Positions 1-10,300 of a stretch of DNA of 64,000 bases are shown piece by piece. Position 1 is the first letter of the stretch; each line of letters begins with the position of its first letter. Under the pieces are notes generated by a model that searched no databases, had not been told where the DNA came from, and saw only the letters and a program-made list of their open reading frames with translations. Source of the stretch: Candidatus Kerfeldbacteria bacterium (GTDB lineage: Bacteria; Patescibacteriota; Patescibacteriia; SBBC01; CAIJZX01); NCBI GenBank assembly GCA_963731735.1, contig CAVSWO010000002.1:529-64528 (forward strand). Direction: 5' to 3'. The position numbers were made by a program, and so were the translations under genes.

Positions 1-345
1 ATTCATCTTGATCAAACTTCTTTATAACCTTTGACCAATCAGCGGGTATTAATTCCGCATCGTTGTTTAATAGCATTATGTATCGACCCTTTGAACGTTG
101 AATACCAACATTTGATCCGCCTGAATAACCATGATTCTTTGTTAACAAACATACTGAACTTTCGGAAAAAGTGATTTTATATCTTCCATTCCTTTTTCTG
201 TCGATGCGTTGTCAACAACAATAATTTCAAAAGAATATATGTTTGAAGAATATATTGAATATAGGCACCGTTGAAGTAAAATAAAATTATTATAATTAAC
301 AATAACAAGGCTTACTAACAATTCTGCAGATTGTAGTGAGTTACT
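1..345 (-). CDS. GT2 family glycosyltransferase, 5' part (runs off window start; apparent frameshift near 145)
   Basis: Manual translation gives LVSLVIVNYNN...FEIIVVDNAST, then in a shifted frame KNHGYSGGSNVGIQRSKGRYIMLLNNDA (GT2 motifs). Exact start is uncertain. Confidence 0.75.
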
Positions 346-665
346 TTACTCACGCAATGCTAATTTTCGAGTCAACTCCTCCAAGCGTCTATCAGTGCGA
401 CGTACAATAACGTAATTTCGAAACGTTGCTCCAAAAAGTATTAAAATCCCACCAGCCGTCAACAAATCAAACACCCTTGTAAAATGAAGTTTTTCGATGA
501 CGTAGCTTGTTGGCCCCGGTAATAATACAACCGCCGCTAGCCCGACCCATATAATCTGCCAAAAAGAAAACTCCCAAATGGAAAACTCTCGTGCCTATAG
601 TGTAAGAAAGAAAAGTAAGTCATCCATAACACAAAAAGCAATGCAATAATTTGAATCGCGTTCAT
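346..665 (-). CDS. DUF2304-like small membrane protein (apparent frameshift near 585)
   Basis: ATG overlaps the upstream stop (ATGA). Reads MNAIQIIALLFVLWMTYFSFLHYR, then in a shifted frame WEFSFWQIIWVGLAAVVLLP...RVFDLL...RRLEELTRKLALRE*. Typical neighbour of DPM-synthase-like GTs. Confidence 0.65.
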
Positions 666-1321
666 AGAATTCTCCAGGCTAACATATTAATAATTATTCT
701 TATACCATCAATAATGGTCGTGCCTTTATAATTGTCATGGTAGATGGTGGCAACTGGAACCTGAGAAAATGGTACTTTGTGTTTACCAGCATTCACAATC
801 ATTTCTGTTTCAACTGAGTATCGCGCCGAGAGCCAATTAATTTTATCGAATGCCGAAAGCGACAAAGCACGATAACCAGATTGAGTGTCCTCAACTTGTA
901 TTCGAAACAATAGTTGCATGGCTTTTGTTAAAAAAATATTCCCTAATCTAGCAACCAATGGCATCCTTCCGTGAAACTTTCTAATACCAAAAACTATTGC
1001 TGCCCTTCTTTCTTCAATAGGTTTCAACAAGCTTGGAATCTCGTTAGGATCGTGCTGTCCATCCGCATCAATAAATATTGCTGTATCAAAGCCCTGTTGT
1101 GTAGCCCAAACTACGCCCGTTTTTAACGCAGCGCCTTTTCCTAGATTGATAATATGTCGTAGAATATGGACTCGTGAATTTATAGGTAAAGCATCGTGTA
1201 AAGGTATTCGTGAACCATCGTCAATGATAACCACCTGATCAACATACTTCAACGAACCTTCAATTACTGATGGAAGGTGCTTGTTTTCGTTCAGGGCTGG
1301 AATAATAGCTACAGTTTTCAT
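662..1321 (-). CDS. GT2 glycosyltransferase, polyprenol-phosphate sugar synthase (DPM-like)
   Basis: IIPALNE, IIDDGS, NLGKGAAL, FIDADGQH, DTQSGYR motifs. Start MKTVAII overlaps the upstream stop. Confidence 0.9.
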   Translation of the reverse strand: MKTVAIIPALNENKHLPSVIEGSLKYVDQVVIIDDGSRIPLHDALPINSRVHILRHIINLGKGAALKTGVVWATQQGFDTAIFIDADGQHDPNEIPSLLKPIEERRAAIVFGIRKFHGRMPLVARLGNIFLTKAMQLLFRIQVEDTQSGYRALSLSAFDKINWLSARYSVETEMIVNAGKHKVPFSQVPVATIYHDNYKGTTIIDGIRIIINMLAWRIL

Positions 1322-2244
1322 GCCAGGTAGTTTTCTGCCCACTCCCACGTCTGTACCAACCCTTGATCAAGTCTGACTTCCGGTGTCCATTTCAACTGCT
1401 TCTTCGCCTTTTTCCAGTCCAACGCACTTTTCATCACCTCTCCCGGTAAAGCCAATCGGTGCTTTACCTTTGCTTTCATTTTCGCCGCCTTCATTATTGC
1501 TACAGCTAACGCGTTGACTGATGTCTGTCGACCGGTTCCGATATTAACCTGTCCGTTCACGTTGCTGCGCATAGCGGCTAGATTTGCATTGACCACATCC
1601 GCCACATAGACATAATCCCGCGTCTGCCGCCCGTGACCATTAACCCACAATGGTTGGCCGCGTAAGAGTTGTTGGGCAAAGATTGCCACCACACCGGCTT
1701 CACCTTTCGGGTCTTGTCGTGGACCGTAGACGTTCGCGTACCGGAGGCTAAGAGATGAGAGTTTTTTCACTTGCTCGTAGAATTCAAGGTATTTGTCGAT
1801 CGCCAGTTTGGCAATGCCATAGGGAGCCTCAGGGCGTTCCTGGGCGCTTTCTGGGGTAGGAATTGGCTGGTAATCACCATAAATTGCCCCACCGGTAGAA
1901 GAAAAGATAAAACGCTTTACCTTGGCATCCACACAAGCCTCTAATAAGTTCAGTGTCCCTAGGACATTGACTTTGGCATCAAAGATTGGGTCCTCAATTG
2001 AAGTGCGAACATTTTTTTGTGCCGCAAGATGAAATACTATTTGCGGGCGAATTTTTTTGACAATTGTTGATAGCTTCAACGATCGAATATCAAGTTTGTG
2101 CAATTTGGCACTGGATTGAAGATTCTTTCGCTTGCCGGAAGACAAATCATCAATCACCTGGACTGCATGACCTTTTTGAATCAAAGCATCAACGAGATGT
2201 GACCCGATAAATCCTGCTCCCCCGGTGACGAGGATTCGACTCAT
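1318..2244 (-). CDS. galE: NAD-dependent epimerase, UDP-glucose 4-epimerase-like
   Basis: GGAGFIGS, SSTGGAIYG, YGIAK, LRYANVYGPRQ, GEAGVV motifs. Confidence 0.85.
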   Translation of the reverse strand: MSRILVTGGAGFIGSHLVDALIQKGHAVQVIDDLSSGKRKNLQSSAKLHKLDIRSLKLSTIVKKIRPQIVFHLAAQKNVRTSIEDPIFDAKVNVLGTLNLLEACVDAKVKRFIFSSTGGAIYGDYQPIPTPESAQERPEAPYGIAKLAIDKYLEFYEQVKKLSSLSLRYANVYGPRQDPKGEAGVVAIFAQQLLRGQPLWVNGHGRQTRDYVYVADVVNANLAAMRSNVNGQVNIGTGRQTSVNALAVAIMKAAKMKAKVKHRLALPGEVMKSALDWKKAKKQLKWTPEVRLDQGLVQTWEWAENYLA

Positions 2245-3278
2245 GCTTCGTTATCACTATACCCTAACGACCCTAAGCCGACTGATCGTAAGCCGCGCAT
2301 ATATTCAATCGTCCGTTTTAAGCCTTCATCCAGCGGCACGACCGGAAACCAGCCCAGTTTCTCGCGAGCTTGCCGGATGGCCGGGATCCCCTGCTTGGTG
2401 GAATACTCCAGCGGAAGTTCGTGACGGATATCCGGCCGAGAGCCGGCCAAGGAAGTAACTTGCTCAGCCACCTGCTGAAAGGTGTGCTCTTCCGGATTCC
2501 CTAAGTTGATTGGCCCGAGTTCATGCGATTGCATCATGCGGGTAATGCCCTCTATCGCGTCGGTAATGAACAGGAATGAGCTAATACTGGTCGGATCGCC
2601 GTGAATCTGGATAGGTTGGTTCTGCAGAGCCATCCGAATAAACTCCGGAATCATTCGACCGTCGTCCAGGCGCATCCGCGGACCGTAGGTATTAAAGAGA
2701 CGGACTATTTTCGCCTCCAATTTGAAACGTTGTCGGTAAGCCACCGTCAGCGCTTCGGCGAAGCGTTTGCCTTCCTGATACGGGGACTTGGGTCCGATCG
2801 GATCAACATAGCCCCAATAGTTTTCCGGGAAGGGCGTTTTTTCCACCGGCTCGCCGTAAATGCTGCCGGTCGACAGCAGTAAAAACTTAGCCCCGAATTT
2901 TTTGGCCATCTCGAGTCCATGGTGCGTCCCGCGAGCGTTGGCCAATAGAGTTTCAACGGTCAACTTGGCGTAATCTTTGGGAGACGACGGGGTGGCGAGA
3001 TGATAAATCTCCTGAATTCCCTGAAACGGCACCTGGAAAGCTTTGAGTTCCTTGAGTTGCTCAAGGTCAATCGGTTCGGTTACATCATGCCGCACGAATT
3101 CGAAATTTGGATTTGGCAGCAGGTGATGAATATTTTCTTCCTGGCCGGTGCTGAAATTATCAATGCAAATGACTTTATGTTTTTGGACCAGGGTGTCGCA
3201 CAGATGGGAACCTAAAAACCCGGCACCGCCGGTAACCACGACGTTCTTTTTTGAAAATGGCGCTTGATGGGTGGTCAT
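2241..3278 (-). CDS. UDP-glucuronate decarboxylase (UDP-xylose synthase)-like SDR
   Basis: GGAGFLGSHLC, IYHLATPSSP, YQEGKRFAE, FNTYGPRMRLDDGR motifs. Confidence 0.85.
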   Translation of the reverse strand: MTTHQAPFSKKNVVVTGGAGFLGSHLCDTLVQKHKVICIDNFSTGQEENIHHLLPNPNFEFVRHDVTEPIDLEQLKELKAFQVPFQGIQEIYHLATPSSPKDYAKLTVETLLANARGTHHGLEMAKKFGAKFLLLSTGSIYGEPVEKTPFPENYWGYVDPIGPKSPYQEGKRFAEALTVAYRQRFKLEAKIVRLFNTYGPRMRLDDGRMIPEFIRMALQNQPIQIHGDPTSISSFLFITDAIEGITRMMQSHELGPINLGNPEEHTFQQVAEQVTSLAGSRPDIRHELPLEYSTKQGIPAIRQAREKLGWFPVVPLDEGLKRTIEYMRGLRSVGLGSLGYSDNEA

Positions 3279-3985
3279 AGTTTGTTTGGATAATGTCCGC
3301 GGAGTTGATACCAGCGGATTCTAACAATGTCGAGTAAGGTATTCAGGTAATCCCAACCGGCAACTTTACTTTGGGAGTCGTTCAGCCAGCGCACCGGGAG
3401 TTCCAGCAGACGGAAGCCGAATCGACGGGCCAGCCAGAGCAGTTCGAAGTCGAAACCGAATCGGTTGAGTTGCTGGGCGGTAAAGATCGGTTGGGTGCGG
3501 GCCGCAAAGAGTTTAAACCCGCATTGACTATCGCGCACCCCCGGCACCAGCAAGCCTTGAATCAGGAAGTTGCCGAGCTGCCCGAGCAGAACTTTCCACC
3601 AGGCTTGCCGTCGCGCCACCTCGGCTCCGGTGATTCGACGTGAACCAAGGAGAATATCGGCCTGGCCGCGCTGATCCCAGAATCGGCCAAGCTCTTCAAT
3701 CGGCGTCGAAAGATCGGCGTCAGTCAGCAGGCGCCAATCGCCGCGGGCGGCTAACATGCCGGTTCGAACCGCCGCACCTTTGCCGCGATTGTGCTGATGG
3801 TGAATCAGACGAATTTCCAGGCCAGCCGAACGGACGCGTTCAGCGGTGGCATCCGTCGACCCGTCATCAACCACGACGATCTCAGCGGTCCAGGGCTGGG
3901 TTTCAAGGTACGACCGAATTCGGCGCAAACTTTGGGGTAGCCGTTCGGCTTCGTTATAGGCGGGAATGACGATTGATAAATCCAT
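3275..3985 (-). CDS. Dolichyl-phosphate beta-glucosyltransferase-like GT2
   Basis: VIPAYNE, VDDGSTD, GKGAAVRTG, DADLST, DSQCGFK motifs. Confidence 0.9.
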   Translation of the reverse strand: MDLSIVIPAYNEAERLPQSLRRIRSYLETQPWTAEIVVVDDGSTDATAERVRSAGLEIRLIHHQHNRGKGAAVRTGMLAARGDWRLLTDADLSTPIEELGRFWDQRGQADILLGSRRITGAEVARRQAWWKVLLGQLGNFLIQGLLVPGVRDSQCGFKLFAARTQPIFTAQQLNRFGFDFELLWLARRFGFRLLELPVRWLNDSQSKVAGWDYLNTLLDIVRIRWYQLRGHYPNKL

Positions 3986-4049
3986 GGACAGCTGAGCTTC
4001 GCCAATAATACAGCACCGCTCGAGACTATACTATACTGAAAAACCGCGC

Positions 4050-4517
4050 CTAACGCAAATCTTCAGGTTCAAGTCCCCCGCCGGTCACGCCCCCGAAGGT
4101 CCAGAACTTATTGGCAAAGAAATTCCAGAAGACCACGATCGTCACGGCCATGAAAAAGGCCACCAAGTCATGCAGGCCGAGTTGATGGTGGAGGAGATAG
4201 ATGATGGATTCAGACAATCCGAGGCCAATCAAGTTGACCGTAAAAAACTTCGCGTACTGGCGAGCATAGGCCCGGTGTTGGTCGCGGAACGTCCAGGATT
4301 TGTTGAGGATGAAGCTGACCGTCACCGCCACCACAAACGCCCCGGCGTTGGCGATCAACGGATCCCAACCGACCCACCGCGTCAGCAGCAGGTAAAAACT
4401 GACGCTGGTCAAGGTATTGATCACCCCGACCATCGCGAACTTAATAAACTGTCGCAAACCCGGACGGCGATGAATAAACGGATGTGATCGGACGCGATGG
4501 ACCAGGCGCTGCACCAT
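4050..4517 (-). CDS. GtrA family flippase-like membrane protein
   Basis: QFIKFAMVG, SFILNKSWTF, NFFANKFWTF; four TM segments. Start moved to the ATG just after the S8 stop. Confidence 0.85.
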   Translation of the reverse strand: MVQRLVHRVRSHPFIHRRPGLRQFIKFAMVGVINTLTSVSFYLLLTRWVGWDPLIANAGAFVVAVTVSFILNKSWTFRDQHRAYARQYAKFFTVNLIGLGLSESIIYLLHHQLGLHDLVAFFMAVTIVVFWNFFANKFWTFGGVTGGGLEPEDLR

Positions 4518-4518
4518 A

Positions 4519-6889
4519 CTAGCGTAAACCTCCGAGACTTGAGCCACGACCGTCGGTAAACAGATCGTACTGTTTATACAAGTGTCCATCCAGCGTCCAA
4601 TACTGCGCGAAGGTTGCTCCAGTCTTCCCAACCGCCACCAGTTCATCGTACCCGTCCTGATCAACATCTAACCCAAAGATGTCCATTTCGCCGTGGTAGC
4701 GACCGGTATACAAGCGCCAACTGGCCTTGACGACGCCGTGGAGGGTGGTCAAAAAGACCGGCGCGTTCCCGCCGCCTTCGCGCGGCGTGACGATTATTTC
4801 TTGATTACCGTCCCCATCCAGATCGCCGGTCGTGACCGCAAAACCGCCCGTCCATTTGCTCCCTAGCGGTGAGAAAACGCTGATGCGTTGATGTTGCCAG
4901 TTATAAACGCGAACTTCATGGCCGTGGCTCATGGTCACAATTAATTCATCCACCCCATCGCCGTCAATATCCCCGCTGGCCAGTTCCAGGCCGCCCCGAT
5001 AGTGCGCGTAGAGCGTCTGGCTGTCGGTCAGCCGGCCCTGATCATCATACCAGCGGAGCTGGGCGTCTTCGGATCGGGTGGCCACCGCCAGTTGCCCTTG
5101 ACCCGGTCGACGCAGCACGGCCGCGTCAATACTGCCGCGATAGTTCGAACCAAATGGCACCAGGTTGTGGATTTGTTGCCCTTGGGTCGATAAAATTTTC
5201 ACCGAAGTGCCGAAGTATTGTCCGGTCGCGATGATCCGAATGGTCCCATCGTTATCCAATGGCCCGGCCGCCACCTGGACAACGGCTGATTGCAACTGCG
5301 CCGGCCAAGCGCGGAAAAAGGCTGGGTCGGGCCGGTAGAAGCGGATGCCCGGGTCGGCGCTGGTTTGCCCAATGATAATCACGGGTCGTCGATAGCGCCA
5401 TGTGAATGTCCGGGCCGCCGAGGTTTGCCCGCGCGCGTCAACCGTTTGGACGGCCACCTGATAGACGCCTTCGGAATCAAGGGTCGGCGTCAGGCTGGTG
5501 GCGACTTGCTGGACCGCTGTTCCGAGGGCACCAATTTTACCCCACTGCACCAAGTAGGTGGCGCCCGTCGGACCGCTCCAGGTAAACCTGGGTTGGGCGT
5601 ACGGGTACGATTCATTTTGCTGGAGCAGCCGCGTTGTCGGAGCGGGCGAATACCCGACGAAAGAATTCGGCGGCGACGGAGCGCTGGCGCTGCAGCCGGC
5701 CGCCGCCAAGGCCGCATCCACCTGAATTAGGCCGTACCCATATTGACTGTCCCAGCCGCTGCTGCCGAGATCACGAGCGGTGGATTCCAGATACCCGATG
5801 ACCGAGCCGCTGGCGGCTCCACAGGCTTCCAGCAGAGCCGCCGCCGCGCTTACCTGAGCAGTGGCTTGCGAGGTTCCCGAGTACAGAGCCGTCCCGAAGG
5901 CGGTACAGGCGGAGGTGGTGCAGGTTTGCTGCGGAATGCCGTCCATGTAGCCATCACTATTTTGATCGACCAATAAATTCCCACCCGGGGCCATCAAATC
6001 GAGTTGGGACCCCACGTCCGAATACGGCGCCCGGGTATTGTCATACTGGGTGGCGCCGACCGCCACCACTTCGCGATAGGCGGCCGGATAGTCAATTGCT
6101 CCCCCGCCCCCATTCCCGGCCGCCGCCATGATCAAGATGCCTTTGGCGGCGGCGGCCTGCAGGGCGGCCTGCAGGACCGGATCGTCATCGTTACCACCCA
6201 GGCTCAAGTTGATAATATCAGCTCCATGCGCAGCCGCGTAATTGACCGCGGCGGCGATGGTCGTAGTGGTGCCGTTGCCCGCGCTGTTGAGGACTTTGAG
6301 CGGCATAATGGTAGTTTCAAATGCCAGGCCGGCGGCCGCCAGGCTATTGTTGGTAGATTCTGCAATCGTGCCGGTAATATGCGTACCGTGCCCGTTGTCA
6401 TCATTCGGATGGGCGTCCGAATTCACAAAATCCCAACCGTTCCGGTCATCAACATAGCCGTCACCGTCATCATCAATTCCGTTCCCGCGCGATCTCACCA
6501 CGATTGACCCAAAAATGTGTCTGCGCTAAATCAGGCGCTTGCACAAAGCTCCCGGAATTTTCGAACGCCACGCCGGTATCAAGGACGGCCACGACGATAC
6601 TCGGATCACCGCCGTATTTTGGACTGATCGTATCAGCCTCCCAGGCACTGCTCGAACCGACCGCTGAAAAATTCCATTGCAAACTATAATCCGGATCATT
6701 CGGTGTAAACGAAGCATGGTAATACCGTTCCGGCTGTGGAGCCTGGGTAGCAGCGTCGAGGGTAACCAAGCGGCCATCTGGCAAGCGGGCAATGCCGGGC
6801 AGGCCAATCACCGGTTCGGGTGCCGCCGCCTGCGCGACACTGACGGTCAGCCATACGGCGGTGGCGGCAACCAGGATTCTCCAGACCAT
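4519..6889 (-). CDS. Secreted S8 subtilisin-like peptidase with C-terminal FG-GAP repeats (one frameshift near 6490)
   Basis: Signal peptide and VAVLDTG (Asp) are in ORF 6473-6889. HGTH, AAAGN, SGTSQAT and GDxDGDG repeats are in ORF 4519-6501. The two parts join at EIAGNGIDDDGDG. Confidence 0.9.
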
Positions 6890-6891
6890 AT

Positions 6892-8043
6892 TTACAAGCC
6901 TCCCAGCTGGACGGTCACCGACCGGGTTTGTCCGTCTCGAAGGACGGTCAAAGTCAGGCTGTCACCCGGATGGTGTGCCAGCAACCAACTGAACGGATCG
7001 CCCGTCGGCGTTTGGCCGTCAACTTGGGTAATCACATCGCCGGCTTGGATAGCAGCCCCGGCCGCCGGGCTGCCATCAGTCACGGCCGGACTCGCGTCTG
7101 TGCCGCCGACTAACCAACCACTGGCGGTTGGATCACCGTCGACAATCGCTAACTGCCGGTCAAGCGTCCGGAGTCCGAGTTGCGGGCGCTCAATCACATG
7201 CTGTTGGAGCAGGGGTTTCAAAACTGGATCAATCACCGCCGTCGGCCAAACGCGTTGATCATCTCCAAGTAACCCAACCACTTGCCCGCTCCGATCAATC
7301 ACCGGCGATCCGACCGGCCAGGCCACTGTGGTCGCCAGTTGGTACCACCAATTCAGCTGATCGCTGGATTGCCAGGTATCCTGGTCCAGGCCGACGATCC
7401 GAGCCGGCAGCAACCTGGGTTGCCGAGGCTGGGATTGGATCACCCAAACATTCGGATCGGCCACCGCGGCTCTGGGGGTCAGCACTTTGGCCGAGGTCGT
7501 ACTCGAGGAAGCAATATTGAAAAAACGAAACGGCGTGCCGAGATCATCAACCGTAGTTTGCACCACCTGCGGTTGACCGGTCGGCGGGACAATCACCAGC
7601 GGAGTATCGGCCGGCAAATCACGCTTGAGTCCGACGTACCAGCCGTTACTGCTCAGCGGGACGACGCTCAGTAAGCCATCGCCGGCCGTGTATACGCTGC
7701 CGGCTTCTTTGGCAACCGCCAGCATACCAATCTGATCGGCAAAACCGCGCACCGTTGACGGAGCGGTCACCGGAGCGGCACTGCTATTGCGGATAACGGT
7801 GGTGGTCGTGCCGGCTGGCCACCAATTCGCCAGCCAGGAATCCGGGTAGCGTTGAATGATCGCGCCCAGCGCCACCAAGATCATCCCGCTGGTTACCAAA
7901 CCGATGGCCACCACCAAGAGCACGAACCTGCCCCAGGGCGTTCGCGGCGGCCGCACAAACGGCTGATCAGACCAGACCTGTTTCAGCTGTTGATCGGTCT
8001 TGAGTCGTTCTTTGGGAGCGGTCGGAGCGGGTTTGACTACCAT
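6892..8043 (-). CDS. Membrane-anchored HtrA/S1C-like protein with C-terminal PDZ domain, probably non-catalytic
   Basis: N-terminal TM; GSPVIDRSGQVVG; PDZ SPAAGAAIQAGDVITQVDG. No GNSGG motif. Confidence 0.75.
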   Translation of the reverse strand: MVVKPAPTAPKERLKTDQQLKQVWSDQPFVRPPRTPWGRFVLLVVAIGLVTSGMILVALGAIIQRYPDSWLANWWPAGTTTTVIRNSSAAPVTAPSTVRGFADQIGMLAVAKEAGSVYTAGDGLLSVVPLSSNGWYVGLKRDLPADTPLVIVPPTGQPQVVQTTVDDLGTPFRFFNIASSSTTSAKVLTPRAAVADPNVWVIQSQPRQPRLLPARIVGLDQDTWQSSDQLNWWYQLATTVAWPVGSPVIDRSGQVVGLLGDDQRVWPTAVIDPVLKPLLQQHVIERPQLGLRTLDRQLAIVDGDPTASGWLVGGTDASPAVTDGSPAAGAAIQAGDVITQVDGQTPTGDPFSWLLAHHPGDSLTLTVLRDGQTRSVTVQLGGL

Positions 8044-8047
8044 ATAT

Positions 8048-8812
8048 TTATACCCAGCGGGCGGTGATCAACACGGCCATGATTATCGAAAGTCCGACCG
8101 TCAAATATCGGCGGCCGCGGCCGGGTTCCCAGGTTTGTAACCAAATATGCCGGAGCGTCTGGGCCCAGAGGGTGACCAAGGTGGCGGCCAGAATCCCGCC
8201 CACGAATACGACTGTCGGCAGCCACCAGGTCGCCAGCATGATCTCAAAACCCAAAATCACCGCCAACCACAGATGGCGACGGCTGACATGCCAAGGAACG
8301 CCCGAGGTTTGCCAAATAATGACCGACATCGCGCCGGTCAGCAACGCCCCGCTGATGGCCAGCCACCACCAAGGCCAGATAAAAAATATTCCAATCCCAA
8401 AGCTCAAGAAGGTGATCCAGCCGAAGAAGACCGTCAGCGCCGCGACCACATTAATCAGCCGGCCGGCCAAGACGTCATCCGGATCCCGACGGATTGTTAG
8501 GACGGCCGCAAAAAAAATGCCCGAGGCGGCCAAAATAACGTATTGCCAAATCGCCAGGCTGATAACGCTGACCGCCGCTCCCGACGACAATAAAAATAGC
8601 AGGCTGATAATCGCTAACCAGCCCGGACGCTTGCCCGGCCACTGCCGCCAAATCAGCAACGGAAATATGATGCTCAAAAATCCGGTTACCCAAAGGCCAA
8701 ATCGTGGAAGACTGATCATCAGATACAACGCGATCATCCACAGCATCCCGGCCCACGGCCAAAATCGAACCAAAGAGGTTTGGAATGAACGGGCTGACGA
8801 CAAAACTGCCAT
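8048..8812 (-). CDS. Polytopic membrane protein, unknown function
   Basis: About 8 hydrophobic segments; TATACT lies 6 nt before ATG 8812. Confidence 0.75.
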   Translation of the reverse strand: MAVLSSARSFQTSLVRFWPWAGMLWMIALYLMISLPRFGLWVTGFLSIIFPLLIWRQWPGKRPGWLAIISLLFLLSSGAAVSVISLAIWQYVILAASGIFFAAVLTIRRDPDDVLAGRLINVVAALTVFFGWITFLSFGIGIFFIWPWWWLAISGALLTGAMSVIIWQTSGVPWHVSRRHLWLAVILGFEIMLATWWLPTVVFVGGILAATLVTLWAQTLRHIWLQTWEPGRGRRYLTVGLSIIMAVLITARWV

Positions 8813-8833
8813 AGCCCTAGTATACCACAAATC

Positions 8834-9085
8834 ACCCCGATCCACGGCACCATTGATAGTCTTGTAGAGAAGCAGGCAGCGCACGGTTCAATTGGCTCAA
8901 CTGGCAAGGAATACCTGGTGAGGGCGTTTTCTTTGCCAACGAGTCCTGGGAGACAATTTCAAACCGTGATGCACCGCCCCTCTACAAAAACACCACTCTG
9001 GGGACAGGGCTCGAATTGTAACGAGCTACGAGTGGAGTATCGTTCCGGCCCGAAAGACTGCGGGCGTAAGAAAATATTCAGTTGT
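8834..9085 (-). ncRNA. Candidate ~250-nt structured ncRNA (5' hairpins plus a long rod)
   Basis: TTGACA(9119-9114)-16-TATACT(9097-9092) promoter. Long imperfect helix with many G-U pairs on the minus strand. No credible ORF. Confidence 0.55.
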
Positions 9086-9143
9086 ACCTGTAGTATACCG
9101 CGATAATTCGGGGTGTCAAGACCGAATGTGGACAGCTTGAGCC

Positions 9144-10022
9144 TTATTGTTCTAGCCGAATATGGGCGCCCCGCTGGGTCACAATTTTATGGTTTTTTAG
9201 GGCCCGAATCAGACCCGTCAGCCGCCGCAAAGGCAGCGGTCCAAATTGCTGCAGATCTTGATGAAGGCGCGGAAGTGTTTGATGCGGATGTGCCAGCAGC
9301 CGTGCCACAATTCTGCCCCGCCAAAACCGGTCTGAATCCTTGAACCTGGCCTGGCTGGAAATGTTCGGCAGTTTGGTCTGGCGGATGGCCGGATACGCCC
9401 GGCAATCGGCTTGGAGCGGACACCGTTCGCACCTTGGACGACGCTGAACACAGATCGTCGCCCCCAGATCCATCAGAGCATGCTGCCAGGTATCCGGTGC
9501 CCGCCTCGGCACCAGCTGATCAACCACGGTTTGGAGTTTTTTTTGCGTCGGCGCGCCGGCTACGCCAAACTCCACCCGACCGATTACGCGCCGAACATTC
9601 GTATCAATCAACCCGACCGGTTGACGAAAGGCGAAGGCCAGTAAAGCCTTGGCCGTGTACTCCCCGATGCCCGGCAAGGCCCGTAGCTGATCGTAGGTCT
9701 GGGGAAATTCGCGATTGTTCGTTTGGCTCAGCACTTTGGCCGCTTCGCGCAGGTGCAGGGCCCGACGATTGTAGCCGAGTCCGGACCAGGCTCGCAAAAC
9801 CTTGACCAGGGGCGCTCGAGCCAAGCTCTGAACATCCGGAAATTGTTTGAGCCAAGCGCGATACTTCGGGATGACCCGGTCAACTTGTGTTTGCTGAAGC
9901 ATCACTTCCGAAATCCAAATCGCGTACGGATCGCGAGTGGTTCTCCATGGTAAATCCCGCCGATGACGTGCGTACCAACCTAACAGACGTTTTTGGATGC
10001 GGCGAGTTCGCGGCTTGACCAT
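9144..10022 (-). CDS. mutY: A/G-specific adenine glycosylase
   Basis: WISEVMLQQTQV, GLGYNRRA, LPGIGEYTA, DTNVRRV, C-x6-C-x2-C-x5-C Fe-S motif. Leaderless start. Confidence 0.92.
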   Translation of the reverse strand: MVKPRTRRIQKRLLGWYARHRRDLPWRTTRDPYAIWISEVMLQQTQVDRVIPKYRAWLKQFPDVQSLARAPLVKVLRAWSGLGYNRRALHLREAAKVLSQTNNREFPQTYDQLRALPGIGEYTAKALLAFAFRQPVGLIDTNVRRVIGRVEFGVAGAPTQKKLQTVVDQLVPRRAPDTWQHALMDLGATICVQRRPRCERCPLQADCRAYPAIRQTKLPNISSQARFKDSDRFWRGRIVARLLAHPHQTLPRLHQDLQQFGPLPLRRLTGLIRALKNHKIVTQRGAHIRLEQ

Positions 10023-10102
10023 CGGCCTAGTATACCGTAGCCGGCAGCCGGGACAAAACCAAAACCCGCCGGGAATACCAGCGGGCATTGGGTCTAAGAT
10101 CC

Positions 10103-10300
10103 TTAGAACTGGCGCGGACCGCCACCGAAGTTCTTTCGGGGCTTGTGTTCGCGGCAGTACACCGGACGTGCGGGGGTTCCGTCGTCGTTCATCGCGGGCT
10201 GAAACGGCAGCTCGTTGATCGCGGTGCCACATTCGGCACACTTGAGATTGAGCGAGCTGACATCAACCATCGGACGAGGACCGCCCTGTTGAAACGCCAT
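10103..10300 (-). CDS. Small zinc-ribbon protein (CxxC-x17-CxxC-like)
   Basis: KCAECG...LPFQP...RPVYCREH; SD-like GAAAGGT; upstream promoter and downstream hairpin. Confidence 0.8.
   Translation of the reverse strand: MAFQQGGPRPMVDVSSLNLKCAECGTAINELPFQPAMNDDGTPARPVYCREHKPRKNFGGGPRQF

Noticed and set aside
8064-8867. 267-aa plus-strand ORF and other long antisense ORFs (e.g. 12627-13313, 29870-30556, 49347-49931)
   Set aside because: They are shadows of well-supported genes on the opposite strand and have no motifs.
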